Of a DNA stretch of 64,000 nt, positions 1 through 13,900 are shown piece by piece. How positions within the stretch are numbered: the stretch's first letter is position 1; every line of letters begins with the position of its first letter. The stretch is from Lingula anatina (Eukaryota; Animalia; Brachiopoda). The position numbers and the translations under genes were made by a program. Below the pieces are notes generated by a model. The model searched no databases. It was not told the origin of the DNA and saw only the letters and a program-made list of their open reading frames with translations. The stretch spans positions 13,702,001 to 13,766,000 of the forward strand of contig CM120640.1 in the NCBI GenBank assembly GCA_051362555.1, written 5' to 3'.

Positions 1-117
1 TAGTCCATTAGATCTTACATCCATTTAATTGATCACTTCTTTACATGAAAAATAGTCAAGCCTCTCTGTATGCATGCCTGCCATTTCTATAATAAGGTCT
101 TTCCATTATCTTTTTAG

Positions 118-392
118 ACCGCTGGTGCGTACTGGGGCATAAGGGCGAGTGTCGGTACGTTGAGTATGGTTGTGAAGGAGGCCATTTTTTAACCGGGAAT
201 GAATGTGCTGGTGGTGATAAGCGACTGTGCTGTGTCCGAGACACATTGACCGATACTGTCCATAAAACCACACCAAGCAAATTGTCGACAGTGAAGACAC
301 CGACGACGGAGACTGACGATGCAGTGACATCGTCGACGGAGACTGACCTGGACGATAGCATGACATCGACTGAGACCGAGACCGAGACTTAG
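118..392 (+). CDS. Terminal exon of a gene starting upstream of the window: six-cysteine beta-defensin-like domain plus Thr/Asp/Glu-rich tail
   Basis: Acceptor ttatctttttag|AC at 117/118. Frame reads RWCVLGHKGECRYVEYGCEGGHFLTGNECAGGDKRLCCVRDTLTDTVHKTTPSKLSTVKTPTTETDDAVTSSTETDLDDSMTSTETETET* with TAG at 390-392. Cys spacing is C-x7-C-x6-C-x10-C-x7-CC. Not in the ORF track, which shows only antisense ORFs here. Confidence 0.7.
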
Positions 393-1308
393 ACACGAGA
401 CAACAAGGATATGGGTTGAAGACCTCGAAGACGGAAACTGCCGATACAATGGTATCGACAGTGGAGGCTGGCTTGGTTATCAAACAGCAAGTCAATAGAC
501 CATATTTTGCTGAGATAATTTTACAAAAATTGACCTTATATAATCTGCCGTATTTGTTGTGTATTTCTTATGATCAACTGTAGGAGTGTTATAAATCGTT
601 CATGGACATCGTATCGAAATTTTGAATCTGTGGGGAATAGCCTTCCTGTATATGTTTTGTCATTTGGGGTACGAAATAAAGATAACCATGCAGATTTACA
701 TGCTTCATATTCTTCTGAATTTATTTTAAACAACGGCTTCTAAACAATACGAGTAAACTACAAGCGGAGAATTACGTCTATTTTAACATGGCCATGCTAT
801 GTACAGTGCGAGGTCCTTTTTCATGTTATTGCTACATTGTACCAACATTGTTATACAAAGGCAACCACATTTTCGAAGGGTTATTTAGTAATGGTAGGTT
901 TACACGATTTACTACAATAATCGATACATGCAACAGTTATACACCTTTCAAATACAGCCTAATTCTTTCATTCCTAACTTTTAGTGGACCTGTTGAAAGA
1001 CAAATATGACAAAACACTTGCACAAGCGATAAATATGTAGTGGGTCTCACATTGAGGTCCCCATATTTTATATATATATTTGCAAGAAACTATAAGCGGA
1101 TCTTTAATGTTTGAAATTATTATCCACACATCAAGCAATGTTTGCAAACGGAATTTCTATCATTATCCTACGTGTACCAAAGAAAACATCCCAACTATCC
1201 CAACTATCCCAACCTTGACTGGTCTTCAAACAAAAACGTTTTCTTCTTTCTTCGGGGTATAAGCCGATTTTTATTGGCCTTTTTTTTTCGAAGCGCCATC
1301 AAGTTTTA

Positions 1309-2739
1309 TCACGGGTGATTTGTTAATATTGTGACATAAACAGCAACAGTTATGAGCAAGAACAGAAACAAGAACACACGATCTATGACCATGGCAACTA
1401 TACGCCATTCCATTTCTGATTGTTCATTGAAAGCCTCTCTGGTGCTTTGCGCGAACGCCAGTGCGCGTTGATCTTCTGTGTCATTACGATCCAAATAAAT
1501 GTTTTTCTGGTTTTGATTAGCTGTCGTTTCCACAGAATGTGCATCCTTATTGAAATTGACCAACATGAAGTTTTCTGCGCCAGCATGGTCTTTGGAGGCA
1601 ACGTTCGCATCCTAGATTCATTAAAGAATTGTTAATGATAGAAACTCATCAATTGTGTTACTTTATGCTCTATACAGAAATTACAAATGGGCAGAAAGAT
1701 AACAAAATAGGTCGGAATTGTTTTCTTATCTAAGACGCCTTTGAAATATTTAACGAAAGTGATGTAATAAAGCTATAGTTACGTAAACACAGTTATACAT
1801 ACTTTTAGCTTCCCAAAATCAGCACCAAAAAGGGGAAATAATCGGCATGATTGTCTATGCAAAAAAAAGCACATGTTCAATAAGTACCTTGATTTGTAAA
1901 GTGTTGTGGCTCAGCCGCAAGGTTTTTAACGCTGCATGGTGCATACACACGATCCTAGATAGAAACAGCGTCAAATGGCGCAACCACCTCGGCACTTTGT
2001 TGTGATGCACACCTCGGAAATGCATGTTCAGAACGATAACAGTCATTGCCAGCGAGGAGGCCAGTAGAAATATTGTGGCTCCAAAGAACATCCCTGCAAT
2101 GAACACGTGTGACAATTGTTTAATAACTTTTCTAATGCATTATTAACACCGTTCTATTACCAACTAATTGATCTTTTGCAATGGCCTATCAATATTAGAT
2201 TTTTAATTTCCTAAAAGACTTGACTGTGCGTGCGATAGAGAGAGAGGGAGAGAAAGAGAAAGAGATACCTACCCACAAGTGGCACGACCTCTGAGGTGGG
2301 AGGCATGCTCTCGGCTATTACTAACAGAAACACTGTCATTGCCAACAATACTGTTACCCCCAATGACACCTTCTCTCCACTTTCTGGAGGCAGATAGAAT
2401 CCCAGCATAGTCACCGCAGTTATGACAATGACCGGGAGAATAAGATTATAGGAGTAATACAGAGCTTTCCTCTTGATTTGGATGTGAAAGGTTACCGAGG
2501 GGTAAGGTTCGGGACAACAAGAATAGACCTTGACGTCACGTTGGATCGGTATACCTGAAATGTAACGATTTTCACATCATACTTGGACCTATTGGAAAGC
2601 ACTTATTTTTTACAAACATATACAGTAGTTAATTCTTCTATTTACAAAAACCAAAGACTCTTAAAGCTCATGTGGGTTAATAATTCTTGTGTGATTCTAT
2701 GTATGTATTTTTTTACGTCTTTCATCCTTGAGGTGTCAA

Positions 2740-2774
<35 letters not shown>

Positions 2775-3124
2775 ATAGGCCTAAGGTAAACGTTAAATTA
2801 AAATTTCGGGACGCCACACTTACTTAAAAGTTCCCATTCCCCATTTTCTACGTAATTTGACGTATCTCCCTCCGCACTGGCATTCATAATGTCAATTTGG
2901 TAACCATTATACACCCAGGAGGCGAATTGCAGGGGACAACTTTGATGATCAAATGGAAAGTAAGTCACATCAATACTACAACTGCTTTTTAACATGGCAG
3001 GCGTCATCCAGTTCACGTCGCCGTCATAGGTCACCTTCGCCTTCGTGTCTCGCCGTAAGGAGTATGTACTTGCCGCACTGAAAAAGTATAGGAATGAGAA
3101 ACGAGCTGCATAGAATTTATATTA

Positions 3125-3172
<48 letters not shown>

Positions 3173-6100
3173 GTGCATTATGAATATTGTTATAGTTCAT
3201 TATGATTAAATTTATTTACGTGAATGTGCCAAATTACGAGACTCACTGTATCTGTATTATGCAATTCACAATGAACTCCAAAATGTTTATGTTGAATGAT
3301 TAATAAAGAGTTGAGTTCATCTGAGTTTTCACCTTTATAACAGTGTTGATGATAATCGCAATACTGAACACATCTAAATAGTAAGCGTTTCATGTCAAAG
3401 AAAGATTCTTGCACATCAAAGCCGCCACCATTCATCTACTGTGCAAGCAGATATTAACACCTTTGCCCATCGCTAACTACAATACTGGATCCAGTGCTTT
3501 GTGCTCTTTTCATTTGCCTATATAATATTTATATATGTACATATACACGTGAAAAGATGACATTCAAGTTATCGACGCTACAGGATAACTACAGGAGTTA
3601 TCTGTATCCCAGAGTATACACCTTGTTTACACACCTGTACTTAAAGGGGCATATAAAGCAAGAAAAAAACTCATCTTATTGTTGAGATCATGATATCGAT
3701 TTTATATAAAATAAATGTATTTTAAAATATTAATCATCAAATTCAGAACAAACTAAATCATTCGAAAAAATTAAAGAACAGGGCGCAATTTTAACTTCTT
3801 CACAGCGACCTTCCATATCTACGTGTCGTGCAAATTAGATCAATCCATAGAGACCTCAGGATGAGATAATCGTGGGTTATTTATTCAACTTTCATAAATT
3901 TATTTTTATTAATTTAGCGCGTGTTTAGCGTTGAAATTAGTATAAATCTTGCTTATACATAGATTGAGAATAAAAAAGTGGTATTTTCGTCAATGTCATC
4001 AAACCGCTTTATATGCCCGTTTGAAGTTTAAAATAAGAATCAAAGTCAGGATTGCATCGATTGGTCTCCTAGCAAAAAAAAAAAAGAAGAAAAAAAGTAC
4101 CACAGCAAATAGCCCATTTTTACATGTACTAAAACATTCGAGCATAAAAATACACCTGTTGAAATGTCTAGAAAAAACACGAAAATACACTTATTACTGT
4201 TTTATGAAATACATACGTAAAAGCCCTAAAAAAGAAACGATTGCAAAAGTGTTAACAAATTGTCAAAATATGTCAAACTGAAAAGATCATCATGGTATTT
4301 ACATTAGCATTGGAGGGGATAAGGAATTTCACTTTTTTAACAAAAGGCAAACTGTACGCGTTTGGCAATATCCCCAAATCATATTTTATGTCAATATTAT
4401 ATCTTCTTCTGTAATGTCGGAGCTTCTTAAAACTTTAAAATTAGAATTATAAACCCCCTCAAATAAAAGCACCTCTTGAAATGTTTTGACGCATTGTGGC
4501 CAAAATAATTCATGATCATTCTCTGCAGAACCAAACCAATTTTCTTAAAAGTTTTTCAAAGCATTCAGTCCAGATGCAGAGACGGGTCGAGCAATGATTC
4601 GTGAGCAAGATAAATTACCGTTTTTATTAGTCTGGGAAAATAAGGCTTAGCGCGAAAATCCCGGATAGGGTACCTTTAAATAACTTGGTCTGAAAATAAC
4701 CTGTGAGTTTGCCAGGGAGGAGTAATGGCTCTCTTGTGAGTTAATGGGTGTGTTTTCTATGAACTGGTTTAAAATTTACGTATGGCCCATCCTGTATAAC
4801 AGCTTTTATACCGCTACTAACATTACGAGCTAGAGACGTGTACATAAGTGGCAATTTCTGCACATGAATAAACCTAAATTAAGCATGAATATTTTATACA
4901 GTCTTTCGAAAACAAAAGGCGGACAAAAATTGCACTTGTCTGTTGACTGCTTGCACAGGCTATTTTTCCTGGAAACAACAATTCATTATTAATCCTAAGG
5001 GACACACTTCACCCATAGGAAAGACTAATTTCTAATTATTCTTATTAGAAATTTTTGTCATTCATGACACCAATCTATTTCTTGGAACCAAAGACATTTG
5101 ATAGTTAAGTGCACATCGACAATGGGACTTGGATATGCCATTGCTTTAAATGGTTATGTTTCAATGCAACACTGTTTGGTGGCAGGGAATGCAGCACCCC
5201 AAAGCGTTTCACTGAAAAAATGACATTTGACATAGATCTCGCGATTGTCGTAGATCGAAATTATATTAAAACAAATTTAAACTGAAGCACATGTGCTTTG
5301 CTATCAGTGATTATATCGACGTCCGGTGGCTATTTATTAAAAAAGTCAAAATCTTCCACAGCATTGGGACCGATGGATGAAGCTGAACACTACAGACGTT
5401 TAAAGATGCATACAAAGTCAATTTTTGTCACAAAAAACGACCAAATGCCAGCATATAGTTTCTAGTAGTATAACTAAGAGAATTACCAAAAGGCATTGTT
5501 TAATTTTACCCGAAAATGATGTGTGAATGAATTTTTCTGCTAGCATTCTATGCTGTATGTCAATGGGGCAGAAAAGTAGGTCACGAAAGTAGGTTAAATT
5601 TCCGACCAAAAATTTAAAGAAAGGAGCAGTCTAAAGCTCTTTTATGGCTGATCGAGTGATCTATTCAGTTTACCCCTTGGCATGCCGAATTTATTTGAGT
5701 CGTATAAGAAACTAGTAAAAGTGGTTTACATGTGTTACTGTGAATCCACGCTCCACCGATGCTCGGTTCGTATGTACCTTTAACTGATTGCTAAAATAAT
5801 AGCCCTTAAAAACTGTGATCACATCTGTATGGTCGAAATAAATAATATAACAGATTTGCCAGGTCTTGCACACTATGCTGTAGTGGAATGTATTTTAAGT
5901 TAAGGTAATAGTTGACCGTGCGAGTGATTGGGCATTCGCGTAAAGTAACAACTTCAGAACCCTTGCAAGTATGCGATGAGGTGGTTATCTCAATGGAAAT
6001 CTTCATTCAAATAGTGACGAAATACATAAACAGACATTAAAAGCACTGGAAATGAAAATACAAGTGGGGGGATTCTAATGGAAGAGCATTCATAACTGGA

Positions 6101-8849
6101 TTACGTGGATTCAACTAATATGGTGTGATACATCCAACTAAAAAAAATTTAAAAATGCAGTGTCAACAATATGTGCAGTTAATGATCAGTACCAGGAAAA
6201 AACACACAAACGCACTTCTATTAGTACACGAAATATCCTATGATTTCTACCAGGCAGATGTAAACTTACGTTCCATACACCGTCTTACATGTTATCGACA
6301 TACTTGTTATAGAGCATGATATCAGGGATCCAGAGGAGAGCCACGTCCAACACGACTTCAGTCAGACCACTGTAGTTTGCGGGATCCCACGTCAGTTTGT
6401 TATCCCACCATTTCTGAAAACATGAGAGTTGAAGTAGATTGTGATTTTTAAATCATATTAACCATTTCATGGACTTGATAATTGAAACGTGGTGAAAACT
6501 AGTCTGATTTGGGCAAAAATGGAGAATATACAAAACAGGGGAGTTCAGGTGACTGTGCAGTAAACGGATTAATAAATTTTTCATTAAAAAACTATTGCGT
6601 TTAACCAGCTTATTTATGATTCAGGTACGCGCTGTACGCTATAAGACATACAGATGTTAAATGGCAAGAATGTATACACACCATATGCCATTACGTGACG
6701 TAAAGTGGTAGTCCATAAGTGTCTCAAATGATATGTGCGGTTCTAAACTCATTTATAACATAAACGCAAATATTGCCAGGGAAGTTGTTTGAATATTGGG
6801 ATAGTTTTGCATAGAACGCTGCAAACTGGCGTCGTTACAAGGCACACAGATAATATTTCTCCTCCCACGGGTGATGATAACTTAGGTTAAAAAGTGCGAT
6901 AAATACTTTTTTAGCGAAAAAAAAATGGAATAATGTCGTTTCATCCCTTCACACCTGGAAGTGGTTTCAAGCTTACTGTTACGATCGATAGGCTACATTG
7001 TTTGCCATAAGCCTGGAGAAATCGCGGCAGTTGATAAAATGCCAGAGACCGCCTAGTTACAATACAATTACGCAAAGCGAAACGAATAAAACCATGCTTA
7101 TAAGTGCTCGTGCTAATGGCCCTAATTGCTCTGTTCGATGTCAGTAACATCGATAATGCATAAACCGTTAAAACTTGGGGGGTTGTTTGTTAACCGCCGG
7201 AAAATGCACTGAAAGCATAGTCCAACCGATTTTCTTGTTTCTAAGATAGAGCTGTTAGTAGGCTGATGAATTTTAGAAACACAAAGAACAGATTTATTTT
7301 AGCTAAATTTGCCGTGATTTAAACGGCAAGTAAGCCTATACCCAAGCAGGTATCATAAGTTCAAATAAAATGCTTAATTAGACAAACTGAGAGATAAAAG
7401 TAGCATTCTATGTAGGCCTATGCCCAGTTTGTGGGCAAAGAAGACCATTTTTGCAAAGCAACAGTACGCAAATTACTCGGAAATTTATAATGTTATGACA
7501 GTGTAACAGCTGGATTTACAGTTTAGGTAGCAGGTTGTTTTCCGAAGTTAAACACACACATACTGGCTCGCTAACAGTAATGCTCAATCAGACTGTTCCA
7601 TTAGACTCGCTCAAGCACGTTCATTAGGCAAACAAAAGTGAATCCTAATAGATATTACACACAAAATTAAACGCTTATCATGCCCTATATTGATTTGTAT
7701 TAGCTTTGGTTATTTCGAAAGGGCTCTCCCAAATGTCCCGATCGCTTTTCAAGGAAAAAATTAATGGCAGCGCTCTTTGTATCAATAGACTGGTAAAAAG
7801 CCATTAGTTATGAGAAACACTCTAGTCTCAGAAGATTACATTTCATCGACTTCACCCAATAGAAGCATCATTTTGTGATCAATGTCGTTTGAAAAATAAC
7901 CAATAAGGTCTAACGCCATGGCTTCTCAAGATAAAGTTTGGCAATTCTGTAATAAAAACCCAGCCGCATTTGGCATGCGCACGCAGACACACCCGACCAC
8001 ATACTATTACCAGGACTGTAGTTCAATTTCCTAACGCTTGTGGAACGAATTTTTGGAAGACAAAGAATATTTGAAGGCGATTTCTAGCTGTCATATGCTT
8101 TGGTCATTGTTATCGCAAGAAAATGGCCTTTTATATCAACTTTATGCAATTCTGACTTATTTTTCATAAAGCGGTAAGAGGCAATTGCGCATATAGACAG
8201 TTAAAAGGGGCATGGTGTCAACTGCTATCTTAAAACTTAACACATATCAAGTGAATCTATCTCCAGAGGCGGCTGTGTTGGTCATCATGGTCATTTATCG
8301 GTCGATACAAGAAGAATTTAAGTAAAAGCTAGTATCTGCAGAGACATTTGCAAATGCTTTACATTACTACAGAACATAGACACTTATGAGAGAAAACTGG
8401 AAAATAGTTCACACATTTAGAAAGGAAATTCCTACACATTTATTATTGTCTCTGTATAATGAACGTCTTTATATGCGGAATCTACTTATCTCCCTTATTT
8501 AGATGTTTCCGCTTCTTTTCTCTGTTACAGCTGTTTTACCCAGATATCATCACTGAAATTATACTAACTGGATCTCTCAACAGAAAATGTTGTTTCAAAT
8601 GTCAATGTTTGCCCGTCTTAAAAAACACCTATAAACATACATTTATGCCAATACTGATTTCAAGGAAACAATCTCAGACAGAAAAGTGTAATAATTTCTG
8701 TTTTCCACACGCAAACGGTCACTTGGCCTGTGAGAATCGAAAATTTAAGTGGGTTGGACATGGTGCTCACTTGAGTCATAAAAACAGACAAACAAACAAA
8801 CAAACAAAGCCAGTGACGTGATAATCAATTATATTCACGATGAACTTTA

Positions 8850-8889
<40 letters not shown>

Positions 8890-10826
8890 TTTTGAAAAAT
8901 AATGACGATAATGACGATGGTAAGAATGGGCATTGAAAACTGTCCATTTTTTCTGCATAAGAAACAGTTGCGCCATGTTCATATTTAAAGCAAAATTTAT
9001 TGTAATTTCTCCCAAGGAATATCTTTTAGAATATGAAGCGTTTTGACCATAGTGAAATTTTTCACGATTTGCTAAGTTTGCCAAAGAGGCTATTGATTAA
9101 GGTTCTTGTACTACCCTCTTTAATAAAGTGTAATGACCTTCAATAGTGCGACTAGTTAACAATTTAATCGTAACTTACCACTCGCATCCAAGCATTAGTA
9201 TGCAGGAGCTGGTTTCGCTCGTCCTGTAAACAGAATGCAGGAATTGAAAAAAAGTCTCTTTATTATCCAATTAGTAAGCCTACGTTTACTCATCAAATAG
9301 GTTAGAATAACCGATTAGTGAATGTTAGCTTATCGAAATAAAACCACTTGCTGAAAAACACATCGATCCATCAAACAAAGAGAAAAGTTAACTACTTGCT
9401 TAATGCTTTTTAAGTGAAAATCTATGAAAAAAATTCCATTTAAGGCATTTACCCTCAAACACATTTACTCGAAATCTGAATTGTATAATGATGTAACATA
9501 TCACATTTATATTTTCGATAAGTGTTAAATCTAAGATAAACAAGGTGCAATGTCATTGATGTGTCTAAAAGGGTTTTAATCTGTTGGTAAAGGATGCGAA
9601 ATAGTGCACGCAGTTTACTTATCTTCAGGCGTATTCATTACTAATTTTGTGTTCTTAGCTTTTAGCTAAATTAAATAATGTTAATGGTTCCCATTAATTC
9701 GCGATCAATCTGTAGAGTAGTTACTCATTCCAATGTATTTCCACAGCGCATACAGTTGCACGTTGCGCAGAATAGAAGCTCCTTGCCAATTTTTGCATCA
9801 TTTAAATGTTTTATCATTCAGAAATAAATTCAAGATATTTGCAAACTTTTACGTGAAAAAATGAAAAATCTATGTTGCAAAACAAAATTTGTATTTTAAA
9901 TTGAAATACTATCAAATAATGTCCAGAAAGTTGCGCTAATTGACGAACTCATTATAAACTTATGTTTCACTTTCTAATGAAATCGTTCAAATAGAAACTT
10001 CAGTTTTGCTTTTTTCTTGCTGTGAGAAAAAAATGAAACAAACTTCATAAAAGGGGTAAAAGTATTCAATTCTATACATATTTATATCTTTTTAAAATAT
10101 TTTTTTATCTTTTTGAATAAGAGCCAGTTGTTTGTCACATTATATTATAGGTACTTATGTACTTACTACGTCAAACAGCTGGTGAAGCGCCATGTCAAGC
10201 CTGACAGTCACATTGTCACTCGAGTTGGCCACGGGACGAGCGTTTTTGTCGTAGTCACTCAACAGTCGGTGAAGCAGAGCATGCTCCTCATCGGAAAAAG
10301 AAACGACACCTGAAATAAACAATTTACAATGATGCCATTATCATTTATACCTCTATTTGGAAGTAAGATTGGCTTTCAAAATTAAAAAAAGATCTTTGGT
10401 TAGCTTTTATATTTGGCATTGAAAATAATGTAGTTCAATAATGATAGAAATTAACACAGCGGTCTGGAGTACCGAATTAGCAAATGGAACCATTACATAA
10501 TATTAATCTCTCTAATACAAATGGAACCATTACCTTATCTCAAGGGACGAACTGGCTGTCAAGAGGATTTCTATAAATCATTAAATATTTAATAAGCACG
10601 GCTCTACACTGGTCAGACAATTCAAGCACGCAACCCATTTACAGATGATATAAGAACATGCCCAATACATTAAAGTAAAAAGATATGAGTGATAAAAAGA
10701 AAACGGTAGAAAAAACCCAAACAAACATATGCCAATTAAAACATGGAACCAGTACACACCTCTGATACAAATCACTGCAAATATCGTTCCAAACCAAGAA
10801 GCCGACGCCACTCCATGGAAGTACAT
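1309..10826 (-). CDS. Nicotinic acetylcholine receptor alpha subunit (alpha9/alpha10-like), 8 coding exons, 469 aa
   Basis: Exons (minus): 10826-10760, 10309-10167, 9223-9179, 6413-6304, 3077-2824, 2554-2273, 2093-1888, 1611-1309. All GT-AG with compatible phases, total 1410 nt. Signal peptide MYFHGVASASWFGTIFAVICIRG; WIPDIMLYN; Cys-loop CSIDVTYFPFDHQSC; loop C YSCCPEPY (vicinal Cys marks an alpha subunit); M2 GEKVSLGVTVLLAMTVFLL (cation-channel type); M4 EWRIVAMVIDRVFL. Confidence 0.95.
2738..2777. repeat. (AAAT)n microsatellite in nAChR intron
   Basis: Direct reading of the sequence. Confidence 0.9.
3125..3171. repeat. (ATT)n microsatellite in nAChR intron
   Basis: Direct reading of the sequence. 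Confidence 0.9.
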
Positions 10827-10893
10827 TGTGGAGTTGCTTCCGACACCTGGATCTCTGTTCTCCGTTAGACAGCAAAAGCTCTCACTGCTGCCC

Positions 10894-10900
10894 TTATATA
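10894..10900 (-). promoter_or_regulatory. Candidate TATA box (TATATAA) of the nAChR gene
   Basis: Minus strand reads gaggcTATATAAgggcag about 70 nt upstream of the ATG at 10826, in a locally GC-richer context. Confidence 0.5.
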
Positions 10901-13900
10901 GCCTCACTCTGCGACGCGCACTTGCTTTCGCCACGGCATCTGACAAGCGACCTAGTTCATACCAATACAATGTAATGTCACTTTGTGTCTAGGTTATTGT
11001 AAGAAGAGTCGTCGTTATTGTTTTAATGTTGTTCGAAAATGAAATCCGGAAGATGCACGTTAACTCAATGTGTATAGGTTGTTCATAGCGACACGTGGCT
11101 CTGTTTGTTTTGCAAGACATAAGCATCTCTTAAATAAATATGTCATGAATAGAGTAGAATTAAATGATACATACATTTGCAAAGACATGGATATAGTATC
11201 GTTTTTACAGATAATCACTATCTATTCCAAAGTATATTTGCATTGGTCAGATTGTTTACAGAAATAATACCATTATGGACTGGAAGGAAAGGAATTTATG
11301 CTCATGCTCTTTCATTTATCGTTCACATTTAAGTGTTTAAAATCAATTTATGGAAGGTTTTAACACCGCCAGCTATTACATACATATATCCCACGCCATC
11401 TGATGTATGTATTAAGATGCCCCAGACAGTATTTAATAAAATCGATTTGCATTTGTATATCAGAATGTTATATGCTCCCACGCATGAGGATGTAACATAA
11501 CATTCATTGTTTTAATCATCTGGCAGTCTATTAAGACTGGTAGTCTCTTTAACGATTTACTCCATTTTCCGTTTTTCAGTAGATAGATCCTTCACAAGGA
11601 AAAATGCCCCATGTAAGCAATTTTTTCATTGTGTTTAAAAATGTTTAAAAAATATCAAAACAAGTATAATTCATCCCCATAAGTATAATTAGAGATACAT
11701 AAGTGCAAATTAACGCATAAGTGAATATTTCAGCAAGATATGTAGTTTACGGTATTTAGTTCATGTTTTGAAACGATGCTTTTTAAAGAACGTTTATATC
11801 TTTATTCGTGATGTTTGCATATGGCATATTTTCTGGTCACTGTTTCATTTCAACATCTACTTTTTTATGTTTGTTTTTTATATGCATTTGCGTGTTTCTG
11901 TGAAACTGGTGATTTCAACATAAAAACATAATTTATATTTTGAATTAGCAGCTCTTGCTTAATCGTTTGCTGTTAACGTTTACACACCATCTAATCAGGC
12001 ATAATACTTTGATCACAACTTGCGCTAGGAGAACTTTTATATGCTGCGCTTTTATTTTATTAGAAATGATAACAGGACATAAGTAGAAGCATGAGTCAAT
12101 TTTCAAATAAAAGTAGCATGTCTGCAATATGATCCAATAATCCGTGCATCTTAGCGTGTTCAAACATTGTTCCAAAGTTTGTTAGAGATGCACGTTTCAC
12201 CATTGTATGTGTCGTTTTATGACTCGGAATGCTTTGGTTCGTCTCAACTGTAGCAATGGGCTGTAACACTGGATGCTGCATAACTGGTCATCAGACAAGG
12301 GATTTTTGTAGCACGGTAATGGGTGCAAATCTTATGAACTAGTTTAAGGTAAAACGTATTCAACTTATAGGTTTTTCAGCAAATAACGGTTATGAAATTT
12401 AAGTGATCTTCTGAAATTCGGGCACTGGCAGGCAAATCTACCAATTACCATGTACCGGACAGCCGATTTTTATTTTACTTCCACCTTACCAAACTCTACT
12501 ATCTACCAAAAATGTGAAATCAAATTATAAACTTACACGTAGTTAGGTCATTTGAAAGTATGTTTACGATTCCTTGTTTCCTATTTGTATATGACGATGT
12601 GCGTTTAATGTTTCTTAACCGAGCGTCATACACTATAGAACATTGGAACACAACCTTGGAAATCTTACTAAAAAACTTTCTAGTATTAATTCATTTCCTT
12701 TTTTTTTTGTTCAAGCATGTTCTTTATCAAAATTGAATTATACAAAGATAAAATGTTTAAAAAATGTCAAGGGGGGGGGGTCGAAGAAAAATGATTGGGG
12801 AAAAATTTCCATGCTGTCAAGTCTGTATCACCATAGACTGAAATCATGTTCCCGGGCTCAACTCTTTCCATGAACTCAGCAATGAAGCCTTAACATCTTT
12901 TTTAATTTTTATTTGTGACGAGCCAAATTCATTGCAATCTGTCGCCATTATGGACATCCGTGCTTAATTTCCTTTTTCAATATTTTTAAACAATTAATGC
13001 ATACTAAACACCGATTAATTGTAAAAACTTTGAAATATCCAAATGATATAACAGTGGTCAATCGCAAAACTCGCTTTATTTTAACACGGAAAAAAATCTC
13101 CATCAATTGGGCATAAAAAACAAAAATCATGCTTACCAAATTATTTTTACATTATCTCGTCATCACATCGGAGCCATACATCAAGTACGCAATAATATCG
13201 ACCATATCTTGGCAAATATCATCACTTCCCGTCAGTGTCAACAATATAGAGCACATTGCGATCAATACCAGCTAATGCGAAGAGTCGTCATAGAAAAGGT
13301 CGTGACACACTTCCTGGAATATTGCATAGATATATGAACGTTGAGGATCCAGCCCACTGATAGTTTAGGCAGCTACATGATTATGAAGACACCAAGAAAC
13401 ACTCAATCAAAGCTGCAAGTAAGTCATTTTAATTTTGGCTGTCGATAATAAACGTTAGCTTGTTTTTTTAAGATAAAATACCACAGTTATTTATTTGTTA
13501 TTGGGATAAGTTGTTCACAGCGAATCGCAGTATTAAAGGTTTCTTATAGCATATGTAGTATGGCATATTCAGAAACGACACTCCGCCTTTTAAGACCTGC
13601 CTGAGGTTCGTAATTAGTTGAATAACCAATTAAAGAGTATTAGATGACGTGAGTATGGATTTTCACATAAAGCCGGATAAAGCACAAGCAAGCTCGATTG
13701 ATTTGTTTTCGAGCGAGAAGGTGGGGAGAAGAAAACGTAATTAAATCATTGTACGTCTCATAGAACGGTTGTGAGTTGTGTACTGACGGGTATGCGTGGT
13801 ACTCTCGTCAAGGATAGGCCGGCTGGGTGATGAGGTAGTTATTGTGCAAAAAAAAAAATAATAATAATAATAAATAAAAAAATAAAAATGCCGTTGGAAC

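Noticed and set aside
56-495. Three overlapping minus-strand ORFs (101, 129, 86 aa)
   Set aside because: They are antisense shadows of the + strand Cys-rich/Thr-rich exon and its repeats, with no recognisable motifs.
3641-4679. Possible TTAA-flanked (Kolobok/piggyBac-like) element, ttaaagggg...tacctttaa
   Set aside because: The inverted match extends only about 3 nt beyond TTAA, too weak to call without a repeat library.
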